Source: Verrucomicrobiota bacterium (lineage in GTDB: Bacteria; Verrucomicrobiota; Verrucomicrobiia; Limisphaerales; UBA11358). From it: a stretch of 64,000 bases of DNA. A program made the position numbers and the translations under genes. The DNA lies in the NCBI GenBank assembly GCA_028873125.1, contig JAGWMQ010000001.1, forward strand, positions 36,744-100,743. Reading direction: 5' to 3'. The notes under the pieces are model-generated. The model was not told the origin of the DNA, ran no database searches, and saw nothing but the letters and a program-made list of their open reading frames with translations. Below, one piece after another: positions 28,783-39,054 of the stretch. Position 1 is the first letter of the stretch. Every line of letters begins with the position of its first letter.

Positions 28783-29415
28783 ATGAGAACTAAAACACTA
28801 CTCTGCGCGGCCGGAGCCTTGGCCGCGAGCCTCGCCGTCTCCTCGGCGCAAACCGTCTATTCGGCCAACGTGGTCGGATATGTCAATGTGCCAATCACAG
28901 GGGGCCAGTATGCCCTGCTCGCCAATCCGTTGGATAACGGTACCAACACTCTATCCAGCCTTTTTCCCAATGCACCTGTTGGGAGCACGATTCTAGTGTG
29001 GACCGGAACGGGCTACCAGAGTTCTGGCATGGGATTTGGAGGCACGTGGTCAACTAATTTGGTCATTACCCCGGGCGAGGGGTTTTTCGCGAATATGGCC
29101 TCGACCATAACCAATACGTTTGTCGGTAATGTCGCCGTGGCCCCTGGCTCGAGCGTAACCACTCCTTTCAGTGCGGGCGTTTATGCGCTCGTCGGCTCGC
29201 CAATTCCGTATTCTGATACTTTGTCGGGAACCAACCTAAACTTGCAGCTCGGTACCGGAAGCACGATTCTGGTATGGACGGGCAGTGGGTTTCAGAGTTC
29301 TGGCGTGGGCTTCGGAGGCACATGGTCAACCAACTTGACCATCACTCCGGGTGAAGGTTTCTTTGTGAATTCAGCAACTGCCACCAACTGGGTTCAAACC
29401 TTCCAAACACAATAA
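28783..29415 (+). CDS. Secreted protein with an internal tandem duplication
   Basis: Signal peptide MRTKTLLCAAGALAASLAVSSAQ. Two copies of GSTILVWTG(T/S)G(Y/F)QSSG(M/V)GFGGTWSTNL(V/T)ITPGEGFF. Confidence 0.7.
   Translation: MRTKTLLCAAGALAASLAVSSAQTVYSANVVGYVNVPITGGQYALLANPLDNGTNTLSSLFPNAPVGSTILVWTGTGYQSSGMGFGGTWSTNLVITPGEGFFANMASTITNTFVGNVAVAPGSSVTTPFSAGVYALVGSPIPYSDTLSGTNLNLQLGTGSTILVWTGSGFQSSGVGFGGTWSTNLTITPGEGFFVNSATATNWVQTFQTQ
28981..29370 (+). repeat. Intragenic duplication (114-nt units at 28981-29094 and 29257-29370)
   Basis: The two units encode near-identical 38-aa segments. The DNA copies differ mostly at third codon positions. Confidence 0.8.
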
Positions 29416-29475
29416 ACACCTGCACAATTGTAAAAATAAAATAACGAATAATCAAACCTGAATAGCAAATAAATT

Positions 29476-30099
29476 ATGAAAAAAGTTATCACAGCATCTG
29501 TGTTGGGGATGGGAGCTTCCTTGGCGATGGTCATCCCATCGTATGGGCAAGGAACCGTCTTCTTTGGAAACTATGCCCCGGGAAGCGGTGTCAATGCGCC
29601 AGTGACATTTGCTGTTGCCGGAACTGCAAATGGCAACGCCGTTACGGCTGGTGAAGCCGTTGGCTCGGAGTTCATGGCAGGCCTTCTTTACTCCCTAGAC
29701 GGAGGCACAACGTGGAAGACTGACACCGCCGCCAACTCTGGTGCGTATCCGGCTCCGTTCTACTCAACCGATGGGAATGCGGGTGGTGGGGCGGGATACT
29801 TTGGTATTGGTTCAACCGTTACGCTCCCGAGTTGGACGTCGGGCTCTGTGGAGTTCATAGTGCAGGCTTGGTTCGGAGGCGCGACGTATGCTGCTTCACA
29901 ATCGAATCCAGCGGGCTGGTTCGGGGCATCGGCTCCGGTTACGGTTCCTGGAACTTCGATTGGTTCGGGAACAACGCCGCCAGGATACCTGACAGGTTTG
30001 TCCGGATTCACCGTTTCACCCGTTCCCGAGCCGACGAGCTTGGCGTTGGCGGGCTTGGGCGGTTTGTCGCTGCTGGCCTTCCGCCGCCGCAAAGCGTAA
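29476..30099 (+). CDS. PEP-CTERM sorting-domain secreted protein
   Basis: Signal peptide, then C-terminal VPEPTSLALAGLGGLSLLAFRRRKA. Confidence 0.85.
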   Translation: MKKVITASVLGMGASLAMVIPSYGQGTVFFGNYAPGSGVNAPVTFAVAGTANGNAVTAGEAVGSEFMAGLLYSLDGGTTWKTDTAANSGAYPAPFYSTDGNAGGGAGYFGIGSTVTLPSWTSGSVEFIVQAWFGGATYAASQSNPAGWFGASAPVTVPGTSIGSGTTPPGYLTGLSGFTVSPVPEPTSLALAGLGGLSLLAFRRRKA

Positions 30100-30142
30100 T
30101 TCTATAATCCTGCGGTAAAAACCAGAGTGTTTTTCCATCACG

Positions 30143-30174
30143 CCAGCCACGGCAAACCCGTGGCTGGTTTTTTA
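30143..30174 (+). terminator. Rho-independent terminator
   Basis: CCAGCCACGG-caaac-CCGTGGCTGG perfect 10-bp stem followed by TTTTTTA. Confidence 0.7.
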
Positions 30175-30222
30175 TTCGGCCCGGTTGTTGCAGTCGGAAG
30201 GGGAGCCTGTATTGTATAAAGG

Positions 30223-30495
30223 ATGAAAACAGTCACCATCAATATTTCGCTCAATTCCGAATTAGCCGAGTTCGCCCAGGCCGACGCCCGGGCGGAAGCC
30301 TTCGATTCCCTGAACGAATACATGCGCCAACTGATTCGCCAACGACGCCAGAAAAAAATCGAAGAGGACATGAAATTTCTGGAACGAGCCATCGCCGGCG
30401 CGCCGCCCGGCGACCCGTCGGATGAAGAAATGCGGGAAATCGTAAGCACACAAAAGGCGGTCAGGCAAAGAATGCGCCATGCGCGTGGTATTTGA
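30223..30495 (+). CDS. RHH/ParD-like antitoxin
   Basis: 90 aa. TINISLNSELAEFAQADARAEAFDSLNEYMRQLIRQ resembles ParD/CopG-type antitoxins. The 3' end overlaps the PIN reading frame that starts at 30479. Confidence 0.65.
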   Translation: MKTVTINISLNSELAEFAQADARAEAFDSLNEYMRQLIRQRRQKKIEEDMKFLERAIAGAPPGDPSDEEMREIVSTQKAVRQRMRHARGI

Positions 30496-30890
30496 CGCCA
30501 ACGTGGTGTTCGCGGGCACCGGTTTGGCGCGGGGAAGCGCATCGTTGTTTGATTGCCTTGGCACGACGCCGTGTGCAGGCTTTTGCCACGGACGAAATGT
30601 TGGAAGAATTGCGTGGGCTGACGAGGGAACGCCAATTTAAGTGTCCGCATCCGCCACAGACAATGGTGGATTGGTATTGCGAGCGGGTCAGGCGGGTGGA
30701 CCCCGCGCCATTAGGCAAACAACGCAGCCGCGACGCCAAGGACGATCCGTATCTGGCGTGCGCCTTGGCGGCGGGCGCAAAAATCGTCGTTTCGCGTGAT
30801 GATGATTTATTGACATTGGAAAAACCTTTTGGAATTGAAATCATCACGCCGCGGGAATTGCTGGCGAGACTGGCCAAAGCGCCGGCTTGA
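30479..30890 (+). pseudogene. PIN-family toxin (TIGR00305-like) with a +1 frameshift near 30515-30525
   Basis: ATG 30479 encodes MRVVFDANVVFAGTG, the canonical PIN N-terminus with the first Asp. The rest of the domain (WRGEAHRCLIALARRRVQAFATDEMLEEL...KDDPYLACALAAGAKIVVSRDDDLL) is in the next frame (ORF 30492..30890, TTG start). Confidence 0.6.
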
Positions 30891-30974
30891 ATCAAGCAAG
30901 GCGCGAGGTCAAGATCACAAAAAAACGCGAGGAGAAATATGAAACTGAAATTCGCGAATCCATTTGGAGTTGAC

Positions 30975-31052
30975 ATGAGACTGCCAGGCTTACGTTGGCG
31001 GGCTTGGGCGGTTTGTCGCTGCCGGCCTTCCGCCGTGAAAAGCGTAATTGAA
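30975..31052 (+). pseudogene. Orphan PEP-CTERM tail remnant
   Basis: Encodes ...LAGLGGLSLPAFRREKRN-stop. Positions 30992-31049 are a ~58-nt near-copy of 30043-30101, the 3' end of the PEP-CTERM gene. Confidence 0.45.
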
Positions 31053-31300
31053 AATTTATCCCTTCACGCCCCGCTCTGGCGCGCAAGCTCGGTTATCGAA
31101 GAGCCGCAGTCCGCCTGAAAAAATTAAAAAACAAGAGATGAGGCGATGGGGAAATATGCCGAGGGCCTCCATGCGCCGCACTTTTTTTGCTTGCGCCGCC
31201 CCGGAAACCTGCTTTATTCTTCAGTTAACGAGAATGAATCCCGCCGTGCGGGAGTGTTAATGCGCCAATTCAGTTTCATGCCACAACCGACGAGGGTGTC

Positions 31301-32026
31301 TTGAGCCGCCCTTTCCCTCCACGTCATTCCTTTTCCGGTTCGTTTGTCAGGGTCAATGGCAAAATCCGCGCCCGTGAAGTGCGGGTCATTGACGGACATG
31401 ACAAGAATCTCGGGGTCCTGTCCTTGAACGACGCGCTGGGGCTGGCGCGGCAACAAGGGGTGGACTTGGTGGAAATTTCGCCCAACGCCACGCCGCCGGT
31501 CTGCCGGTTGGTGGACTACGGCAAGTTCCGCTACGAACAGGCTAAAAAGGAAAAGGAATCCAAGAAACGCCAGCACGCCTCCACCGTCAAGGAGATACAG
31601 CTCAGCCCGCGCATTGACCCGCACGACCTGAGCGTCAAGGTCGCGCACGCGGTTGATTTCCTCTGCCAGGACATGAAGGTGAAGGTGGCGCTCCGGTTCC
31701 GCGGCCGCGAGATGGCCCACCAGGAGATCGGCTTCGAGGTGGTGCGGAAATTTCTGGGCGAAATCGCCGCCTACGGGCATCCCGATTTTGAACCCAAGCT
31801 GTTGGGCCGCGGCATCCACGTGATGGTCAGTCCGTTGCCGCGCAACAAACGCGCCAAGAACTCCCGACAGCCCGAAGACGCGTCGGTGCCTGCGCCGGCG
31901 AACGCCTCGGCTCCGCCCGACGTGCCGTCGCCGCAAACGGTCGCGGTGCGCGCCGCCGGCGCGCCGCCGCCAGGCGGCTTTGCGAACAATCCCTTCGCCA
32001 ATCTCGAAGTCGCCCGCGACAAGTGA
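31301..32026 (+). CDS. infC: Translation initiation factor IF-3
   Basis: RVNGKIRAREVRVIDGHDKNLGVLSL, LVEISPNATPPVCRLVDYGKFRYE, VKEIQLSPRIDPHD and LRFRGREMAH. There is no in-frame ATG. TTG 31301 is the only candidate start I see, and non-ATG starts are normal for infC. Confidence 0.9.
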   Translation: MSRPFPPRHSFSGSFVRVNGKIRAREVRVIDGHDKNLGVLSLNDALGLARQQGVDLVEISPNATPPVCRLVDYGKFRYEQAKKEKESKKRQHASTVKEIQLSPRIDPHDLSVKVAHAVDFLCQDMKVKVALRFRGREMAHQEIGFEVVRKFLGEIAAYGHPDFEPKLLGRGIHVMVSPLPRNKRAKNSRQPEDASVPAPANASAPPDVPSPQTVAVRAAGAPPPGGFANNPFANLEVARDK

Positions 32027-32029
32027 CGG

Positions 32030-32340
32030 GTTGGGCGCTCTCCATGAACCGGAACGCCAAACACCGGCTCGGCACATGGGTTGGACCGTCGAAACACGCC
32101 GAGCGGGTGCTCGGCGCTCCGAAGGCGCGGTTCATGGCTCCGTTGCGCGATTCGAGAATCGTGGAGGCTCTCCACGAACCATTCCAGCGGGGCGCCCAGT
32201 CCTCCGCGCGCCGCGGTTGGGAAAGGAGAAGCTTGGATCCCGGAGGGCGCGCATGGAGTGACGCGCCCTGCCAATCTCGGGTTCAAGATTCCGATGCGTG
32301 TCCATTCTTGGCGGTCGAAACTTTCCAAGTCGTTCCGCCT
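32030..32340. repeat. GC-rich repeat/hairpin block filling the infC-efflux intergenic region
   Basis: CTCTCCA(T/C)GAACC motif in direct copies (32036-32050, 32167-32180) and an inverted copy (cggttcatgg, 32128-32137). Perfect 8-bp hairpin AGGGCGCG/CGCGCCCT at 32244-32269. Confidence 0.55.
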
Positions 32341-32347
32341 TGGACCA

Positions 32348-33778
32348 TCACTGCCGGCTGGTTTCTTCCCGCCAGCCGCCGCCCAGGGCCTGGTACAGGT
32401 TGATTAAATTGAACAGGCGCGAGTATTGGGATTGAATGAGGTTTTGCCGCGCAGTGTCGAGGGTTTGCCGGGCGGCGAGCACGTCCAGAGCGCTGTCCAC
32501 GCCGTTGTGGAAGCGGGCGAGGGCCAGTTGGTAATTTTGTCGGTCGGCCTTGAAGAGCGCCTGGTTGGCGGCCAGTTGCGTCCGGACGGCGGCTTGCGCC
32601 GCCAGAGAGTCGGCCGCTTCCCGGAAGGCGGTTTGAATGGTCTTTTGGTAATTGGCGGCTTCGATCATTTTGCCGGCCTCGACGGCCTTCAGTTCATTCC
32701 AGGCGGTCCCGGCGGCGAAAATGGGCCACACGAGTTGCGGCGAAAAGCCCCAGGTTTGCGAACCGGGCGCGAACAAGCCTTCCAAGGTTGTGCTGGCCGT
32801 GCCCGCCGAACCGGTGAGGGTGATGGTCGGGAAAAAGGCGGCCCGGGCGGCGCCGATGTTGGCGTTGGCGGCCTTGAGTTGATGCTCGGCGGCGAGAATG
32901 TCCGGACGGCGTTCCAAAAGGTCCGACGGCAACCCGGCCGGGATGCTGGACAGGCAAATGCGGGGATTGAACGGCCGGGGCGGCGGCAGGTCCGCGGGCA
33001 GGGGCCGGCCCACCAGGAGCACCAAATAATCCCGGGCTTGGGCGAGCAGTTGCTCGTAGCCGGCCACGGCGGCGCGCGCGGTTTGCGTCTGGATTTCGGC
33101 GGCGTTCAAATCCAGCCGGGAACGGACGCCGGCCTCGTAGCTTTCTTGGGTCAACTCGTAGGCCTGCTGTGCCGATTTGAAAGTTTGTTGCGCCACGGCG
33201 AGCTGTTCGGTCAACTCCCGTTCCGTCAGGTAGGCGGCGCCCACCTCGGCCACCAGCGCGATCTGGGCGCTCCTGCGGGCTTCTGCGCTGGCAAAATAAG
33301 TTTCCAACGCCTGCCTTTTGAGGCTGCGCACGCGCCCGAACAAGTCCAGCTCATACGCGGCGACCCCCAGGCCCACGTTGTACTGGCTGTAGGTTGTCCC
33401 CTCGCCTTTGCCGGCAAAGCCGTAGGCAATGCGCTGGCGCGTGCCGTTGGCGTCCACGTTCACGGTGGGAATCAAGGCGTTCCGCTGGACGTGGTAGAGG
33501 TCCCGCGCCTGTTCGACGTTCAGCATCGCCACGCGCAGGTCGGGGTTGTTGGTCAAGGCCAGGCCGATCAGGGCCCGCAGGCGCGGGTCCCGGAAAAATT
33601 CGCGCCAGCCGACGTCCGCCGCCGGGACCGCTGCCGCCTTGGCCGGATTCCCGGACTGTCCGGGCGCCTGGGGCCAGGTCGGCGCGATGGCTGCGGCGGG
33701 ACGTTTGTACCTGGGAGCGAGGGTGCAGCCGGCCAGAACGACGGCGCCCAATGTCAGGATGAAAACCGTTTTTTTCAT
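32348..33778 (-). CDS. RND efflux outer-membrane factor lipoprotein (NodT/OprM family)
   Basis: Lipobox LAGC and a two-repeat OMF architecture. Overlaps the RND pump gene by 4 nt. Confidence 0.9.
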   Translation of the reverse strand: MKKTVFILTLGAVVLAGCTLAPRYKRPAAAIAPTWPQAPGQSGNPAKAAAVPAADVGWREFFRDPRLRALIGLALTNNPDLRVAMLNVEQARDLYHVQRNALIPTVNVDANGTRQRIAYGFAGKGEGTTYSQYNVGLGVAAYELDLFGRVRSLKRQALETYFASAEARRSAQIALVAEVGAAYLTERELTEQLAVAQQTFKSAQQAYELTQESYEAGVRSRLDLNAAEIQTQTARAAVAGYEQLLAQARDYLVLLVGRPLPADLPPPRPFNPRICLSSIPAGLPSDLLERRPDILAAEHQLKAANANIGAARAAFFPTITLTGSAGTASTTLEGLFAPGSQTWGFSPQLVWPIFAAGTAWNELKAVEAGKMIEAANYQKTIQTAFREAADSLAAQAAVRTQLAANQALFKADRQNYQLALARFHNGVDSALDVLAARQTLDTARQNLIQSQYSRLFNLINLYQALGGGWREETSRQ

Positions 33779-36700
33779 GGCTCTTGCGCGGGTTCAACAG
33801 GTGCGGGCGCACCCGGCCGGCGGGTCCGGCCCTTGAATATCCGCCGGATGATGACAAAGAACACCGGCACGAAAAGGATGCCCAAAAACACCGCCGCCGC
33901 CATGCCGCCGATGACGCCGGTGCCGATGGCGTTCTGGCTGGCGGAGCCGGCGCCGGTGTTGACGGCCAGCGGGAGCACGCCGAGAATGAAGGCCAGCGAC
34001 GTCATCAGAATCGGGCGCAACCGGATTTTTGACGCTTCCAGAGTGGCCTCGATCAAGCCCTTGCCCTCGGCCAGCAGGTTTTGCGCAAATTGGACGATCA
34101 GAATGGCGTTCTTGGTCGCCAGGCCGATGGTGGTGATGAGGCCCACCTTGAAGAAGACATCGTTGGGCAGGCCGCGCAGCGTCGCCGCCAACAACGCCCC
34201 CAGCACGCCCACCGGCACCGCCAGAATGATGCTCAAGGGAATGGACCAGCTTTCGTAAAGGGCGGCCAGGCACAAAAACACCACCGTGACCGAAATGGAA
34301 TACAGCGCCGGCGCCTGCGCCCCGGACAGGCGTTCCTGGTAGGACTGGCCGGTCCATTCGTAGCCGATGCCGGCGGGCAGTTTTTGGGCCATCGCTTCCA
34401 TGGCTTGCATGGCCATGCCTGAACTCTTGCCGGGGGCGGCGGCGCCGACAATTTCCACGGCGGGAAATCCGTTGTAATGCTCCAGCCGCGGCGAGCCGTA
34501 GGTCCATTGCAAGGCGGTGAAGGACGAGAGCGGCACCATGGCGCCGCTGCTGTTGCGCACGAACACCTTGCCGATGTCCTGCGGCAACATGCGATGCGCC
34601 GCAGCCAGTTGAACGATCACCTGCTGCACGCGATTGCCGTTCACGAAATTGTTCACGAAGGTCGAGCCGAAATCCGCCTGCAACGTGGAGTTGATGTCCG
34701 CCAGCCCCACGCCCAGGGCGCTGGCCTTGTCCCGGTCCACCTGGATTTTCAATTCCGCCGTGTCTTCCATGCCTTGCGGACGCACACTGGCCACGTCGGC
34801 GTTGGTCGCGGCCATGGCCAGCAATTCGTTGCGTGCGGCCATGAGTTGGGCGTGGCCGAGGCCGCCCTGGTCCTCCAGCTCAAAGTCGAATCCGGCGACG
34901 GTGCCCAGTTCGGGGATCGGCGGCGGATTGAACGGGAAAATGACGGCGTCCTTGATGGCGGAAAATGCCCCGAAGGCCCGGGTGATGATGGCCTGCACGT
35001 GGTGGGCCGCGCCGTGGCGCCGGCTCCAGTCCTTCAGATGCACAAACGCGATGGCCGCGTTCTGTCCGCTGCCGCTGAAGCTGAAGCCGGCCACGTCAAT
35101 CACGTCCTGCACCTCCGGCTGTTTCAGGTAGTAGTTTTCCATCTGTTTGAGCACCGCCAGGGTGCGGGCTTGTGTCGCGCCCACCGGCAATTGAATGCTG
35201 GTGATGAAATAACCCTGGTCCTCGAGGGGCAGGAAGGACGTGGGCAACCGGTGATACAGCCAGCCGACCGCCAGCAGAATGGCCGCGTAGGCCAAGAGCC
35301 ACCGCGGCGCATGGGCCAGCATGCGCGAGACCATGGCTTGATAGTCCCGGGCGCCCGCCGTGTAAAAGCGGTTGAACCAGCCGAACACGCCCTTCCTGGC
35401 CAGGTGATGTCCCTGCTCCACCGGCTTGAGCATCGAGGCGCACAGCGCCGGCGTGAAGGACATCGCCAGAAAAATCGAGAACAGCATGGACGAAACCATC
35501 GCCAGCGAAAATTGCCGGTAAATGGCCCCGACCGACCCGCCAAAAAGGGCCATGGGGATGAACACCGCCGTCAACACCAGGGCGATGCCGATCAGCGCGC
35601 CCGTGATCTGCCCCATGGACTTGCGCGTCGCCTCGCGCGGCGACAGCCCCTCCTCGCTCATGATGCGTTCGACGTTCTCCACCACCACGATCGCGTCGTC
35701 CACCAGCAGCCCGATGGCCAGCACCATGCCGAACATCGTCAGCACGTTGATCGAAAAACCCGCCAGCCGCATGATGGAGAACGTCCCCATCAATGCCACC
35801 GGCACCACGATGGTCGGGATGAAGGCGGCGCGCAGGTTTTGCAGGAAAAGGTAGATCACCAGGAACACCAGCCCGAAGGCCTCCAACAGCGTGTACACCA
35901 CCTGCTCGATGGAGGTGTGGACGAAGGCCGAGCTGTCGTAGGGGAAATCCACCGCGACGCCCGGCGGGAAGAATTTGGAAAGCTGCGCGACCTTGGCGCG
36001 CACGGCGTCGGCCACGGCCAGGGCGTTGGCCGTGGGGGTCAACTTGATGCCCACCGCCGCCGCCGGCCGGCCGTTGACGCGCGCCTGGACGCTGTAATTC
36101 TGCCCGCCCAGGGCCACCCGGGCCACGTCGCGCAGGTAAACCCGCGAGCCGTCGGGATTGACGCGCAGGACGATGTTCTCAAATTGCTCGGGGGTCCGCA
36201 GCAGGCTTTGCCCCTGCAACACCACGTTCAGTTCCTGGCCATTGACCGCCGGCAACGCGCCCAACTGTCCGGCGGCGACCTGGACGTTCTGCGCGCGGAC
36301 GGCCTGGACCACGTCATCCGCCGTCAGGCCAAAGCTGTCCAGTTTGGCCGGATTGAGCCAGATGCGCATGGCAAACTCGCTGCCGAACAAATCCGCCTCG
36401 CCCACGCCGGGGAGGCGGCGGATGGCGTCGAGGACTTTCGAGGCGATGAAATTTCCCAGCTCGACCTGATTCATGCTGCCGTTCTCGGACGACAGGGTGA
36501 AGAACATCAGGAAGTTATGGGTGGCTTTGGCGACGACGACGCCCTGCAACTGCACCGCCGCCGGCAGGTTCGGCATGGCCAGTTGCAATTTGTTTTGCAC
36601 CTGCACCTGGGCGATGTCCGGGTTCGTGCCCGGCTCGAAATAAAGAATGATCTGCGCCTGCCCCGAGGACTGGCTGACCGACGACATGTAGAGCAGGCCG

Positions 36701-36918
36701 TCAATGCCGTTCAACTGCTGCTCGATCACCGAGGTCACCGTGTTCTGCAAGGTCTCGGCGGAGGCGCCCGGGTACGTGGCGGTGATGGACACCGACGGCG
36801 GGGCGATGCTGGGATACTCGGCGACGGGCAGCTTGGTCAAGGACAACGCGCCCGACAACAGAATCAGCAGCGAGATCACCCAGGCAAAAATCGGGCGGTC
36901 AATGAAAAACCTTGGCAT
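33775..36918 (-). CDS. RND multidrug efflux permease (AcrB/MexB-like, HAE1)
   Basis: 1047 aa. [24 protein letters not shown]-terminus and typical 12-TM AcrB-family sequence throughout. Confidence 0.95.
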   Translation of the reverse strand: MPRFFIDRPIFAWVISLLILLSGALSLTKLPVAEYPSIAPPSVSITATYPGASAETLQNTVTSVIEQQLNGIDGLLYMSSVSQSSGQAQIILYFEPGTNPDIAQVQVQNKLQLAMPNLPAAVQLQGVVVAKATHNFLMFFTLSSENGSMNQVELGNFIASKVLDAIRRLPGVGEADLFGSEFAMRIWLNPAKLDSFGLTADDVVQAVRAQNVQVAAGQLGALPAVNGQELNVVLQGQSLLRTPEQFENIVLRVNPDGSRVYLRDVARVALGGQNYSVQARVNGRPAAAVGIKLTPTANALAVADAVRAKVAQLSKFFPPGVAVDFPYDSSAFVHTSIEQVVYTLLEAFGLVFLVIYLFLQNLRAAFIPTIVVPVALMGTFSIMRLAGFSINVLTMFGMVLAIGLLVDDAIVVVENVERIMSEEGLSPREATRKSMGQITGALIGIALVLTAVFIPMALFGGSVGAIYRQFSLAMVSSMLFSIFLAMSFTPALCASMLKPVEQGHHLARKGVFGWFNRFYTAGARDYQAMVSRMLAHAPRWLLAYAAILLAVGWLYHRLPTSFLPLEDQGYFITSIQLPVGATQARTLAVLKQMENYYLKQPEVQDVIDVAGFSFSGSGQNAAIAFVHLKDWSRRHGAAHHVQAIITRAFGAFSAIKDAVIFPFNPPPIPELGTVAGFDFELEDQGGLGHAQLMAARNELLAMAATNADVASVRPQGMEDTAELKIQVDRDKASALGVGLADINSTLQADFGSTFVNNFVNGNRVQQVIVQLAAAHRMLPQDIGKVFVRNSSGAMVPLSSFTALQWTYGSPRLEHYNGFPAVEIVGAAAPGKSSGMAMQAMEAMAQKLPAGIGYEWTGQSYQERLSGAQAPALYSISVTVVFLCLAALYESWSIPLSIILAVPVGVLGALLAATLRGLPNDVFFKVGLITTIGLATKNAILIVQFAQNLLAEGKGLIEATLEASKIRLRPILMTSLAFILGVLPLAVNTGAGSASQNAIGTGVIGGMAAAVFLGILFVPVFFVIIRRIFKGRTRRPGAPAPVEPAQEP

Positions 36919-36929
36919 GACGACTTTCC

Positions 36930-38111
36930 TTAATTGGCCGCGTTGGTGGGCGATTCAAACGGCACCGGCTTGACCGTGACTCCCGGCCGGACTTTTTGCA
37001 GCCCGGCCAGAATCACCCGGTCGCCCACCTTCAACCCGCCGGTGATGATCCATTTGCCGTCCACCGCCGATCCCACCGTCACCGGCCTCTCCTCCACCTT
37101 GTTGTCGGGGGTCACGACCATGACCGACGGTTTGCCGTCCGGGCCATAGGTCACGCCGCGCTGCGACACGGTGATCGCCTTCGCATCCACCGCCTGCTCC
37201 AGCCGGGCGCGCGCGAACATTCCGGGCATCAGCAGGTGGTCGGGATTCGGAAAAAGGGCGCGCAACGTCACCATGCCGGTCGTCGGGTCCACGGTGATGT
37301 CCGAGAACAGCAGCCTGCCCGGATGCGCATAGGTCGTGCCGTCCTCCAACAACAAGGTCACCTTCGCCTCTCCCGGCGCCAGGCTCTTGAGTTGGCCGCT
37401 TTCAAATTCGCGCCGCAATTTCAAGACCTCCGTGCTGGATTCCGTGAAGTCAAAGTAAATGGGATCCAGTTGTTGAATCACCGCCAGCTCCGTCGCCGAG
37501 TTCTGGCCGACCAACGCGCCCTCCGTCACCAGCGCCGGCCCGATGCGCCCGGATATGGGCGCGGTGACGGTGCAGTAACCGAGGTTCAACGACGCCGTTT
37601 CCAGCGCCGCCTTGGCCGCCAGCACGTCCGCCCGGCCCTGCGCCGCCGCCGCCACCGCGTTGTCGTAATCCTGCTTGCTGACGGCCGCAATTTTGACGAG
37701 TTTTGTGTAGCGCCGGGCCAGGGCTTGATTTTGCCGGTTGTTGGCCGCGGCCTTCGCCAGGGCCGCCTTGGCGCTGTCGTACGCCGCCTGGAATGGCGCC
37801 GGATCAATGCGAAAGAGCACCTCGCCCTCCTTTACGTCCGAGCCCTCCTCAAAGACCCGCTTGAGCAGAATGCCCGCCACCCGCGCGCGGACCTGGGCGG
37901 TGCGCACCGGGTCAATCCGCCCGGGCAGGTCGGTGGTGATCGGCAGGGATTCAGTGGTGATGGTGACGACGCCGACCTCCGGAGGCAGGGTGGCGTGAGG
38001 CGGCGGTTGGCGGCCGCAACCGCTCAAGAGGGCCAGCGCCAGAATCGCCGGCGCAATCCCCGGGACGCCTGCCGGAACGAGGAGGCGGCGCGGCATGAAA
38101 TGTATGTTCAT
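36930..38111 (-). CDS. RND efflux periplasmic adaptor (AcrA/MexA-like membrane fusion protein)
   Basis: Lipobox LSGC, with hairpin, lipoyl and beta-barrel regions typical of MFPs. The start is at ATG 38111 to avoid overlap with the TetR gene. Confidence 0.9.
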   Translation of the reverse strand: MNIHFMPRRLLVPAGVPGIAPAILALALLSGCGRQPPPHATLPPEVGVVTITTESLPITTDLPGRIDPVRTAQVRARVAGILLKRVFEEGSDVKEGEVLFRIDPAPFQAAYDSAKAALAKAAANNRQNQALARRYTKLVKIAAVSKQDYDNAVAAAAQGRADVLAAKAALETASLNLGYCTVTAPISGRIGPALVTEGALVGQNSATELAVIQQLDPIYFDFTESSTEVLKLRREFESGQLKSLAPGEAKVTLLLEDGTTYAHPGRLLFSDITVDPTTGMVTLRALFPNPDHLLMPGMFARARLEQAVDAKAITVSQRGVTYGPDGKPSVMVVTPDNKVEERPVTVGSAVDGKWIITGGLKVGDRVILAGLQKVRPGVTVKPVPFESPTNAAN

Positions 38112-38154
38112 ATCCTTGAGTGAGTGTTCACTAACCTTGAAAAAGCCGGGCCGC

Positions 38155-38847
38155 CTAGTTTTCACCGAAGAACAAGGCGAGCGCCTTCGGATTGTAGTAC
38201 GTGGCGATGGCCTTGTCCGTCAGACCCATCCCGCGGAGCGCAAACCAGACGGCCTGGTTCCGCAATTCCTCCCGCGAGACGCCGTAGTCAATTACCGGCC
38301 TGCGCGGCAGATGCGCCGACGCCAGCCAGGCGGCCACGTGATGCGCAAACCGGGCGTGGTTGCCCCTGGAAATCGGGCCTTTGACGGCGTCACCGGCGGC
38401 GATGGCCGCCTTCAAGCAGGCCTCCATGCGGGCGCAAAAGCAGTCAAAACGATTCCGGTAAAGGAGCCGCGCGAACACACCGTCCTCCAGCAAGCTGTTG
38501 ACCATCAAGCGGTGATAGGTTTCGGGGGGAATCGCTCCCGCGGGCCGGCCCAACACGATCACCGAGGTCAGATAATAAATCAAATGAACCAAGGTGGAGG
38601 TGGAGGCCTCCAAACCCCTCAGTTTTTCAACGACCGGACTGGATTCCCGGCAACTGAAGTTGTGGATTTCGCCGTAAAGCGCCTCCTTGCCGGGGAAATG
38701 CTTGTAGAGCAGCGGCTCCGAAACGCCGGCCGCCCGGGCCAGCTCCCGCGTGGTGGTCGCCGCGAAGCCCTTGCGCGCAAACAGCGGCAAGGCGGCCTTC
38801 ACGATGGCCCGTTTGCGATCTTCGGCGGACATGCGCCCCTTTTTCAC
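38155..38847 (-). CDS. TetR-family transcriptional regulator
   Basis: FARKGFAATTTRELARAAGVSEPLLYKHFPGKEAL is the TetR HTH. It heads the efflux operon. Confidence 0.9.
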   Translation of the reverse strand: MKKGRMSAEDRKRAIVKAALPLFARKGFAATTTRELARAAGVSEPLLYKHFPGKEALYGEIHNFSCRESSPVVEKLRGLEASTSTLVHLIYYLTSVIVLGRPAGAIPPETYHRLMVNSLLEDGVFARLLYRNRFDCFCARMEACLKAAIAAGDAVKGPISRGNHARFAHHVAAWLASAHLPRRPVIDYGVSREELRNQAVWFALRGMGLTDKAIATYYNPKALALFFGEN

Positions 38848-39054
38848 GCGCGCAAGTTAGTAACCGCTTACCTTCCTGTCAAAGGAAATTCTCCCGCGCC
38901 CTTTCCAGCGCCCGGACGACGCGGAATGCCGGAGGTGAGGCCGCCGGCTGAGGCGAACCCGGATTCAGGCACTGTCACATCCTCGCACGAGCGATGGAGC
39001 AAACACGGGCCGGGCGCAGCGAGCGGCCTCTTTCAGGATTGGCCTCGCGCCCGT

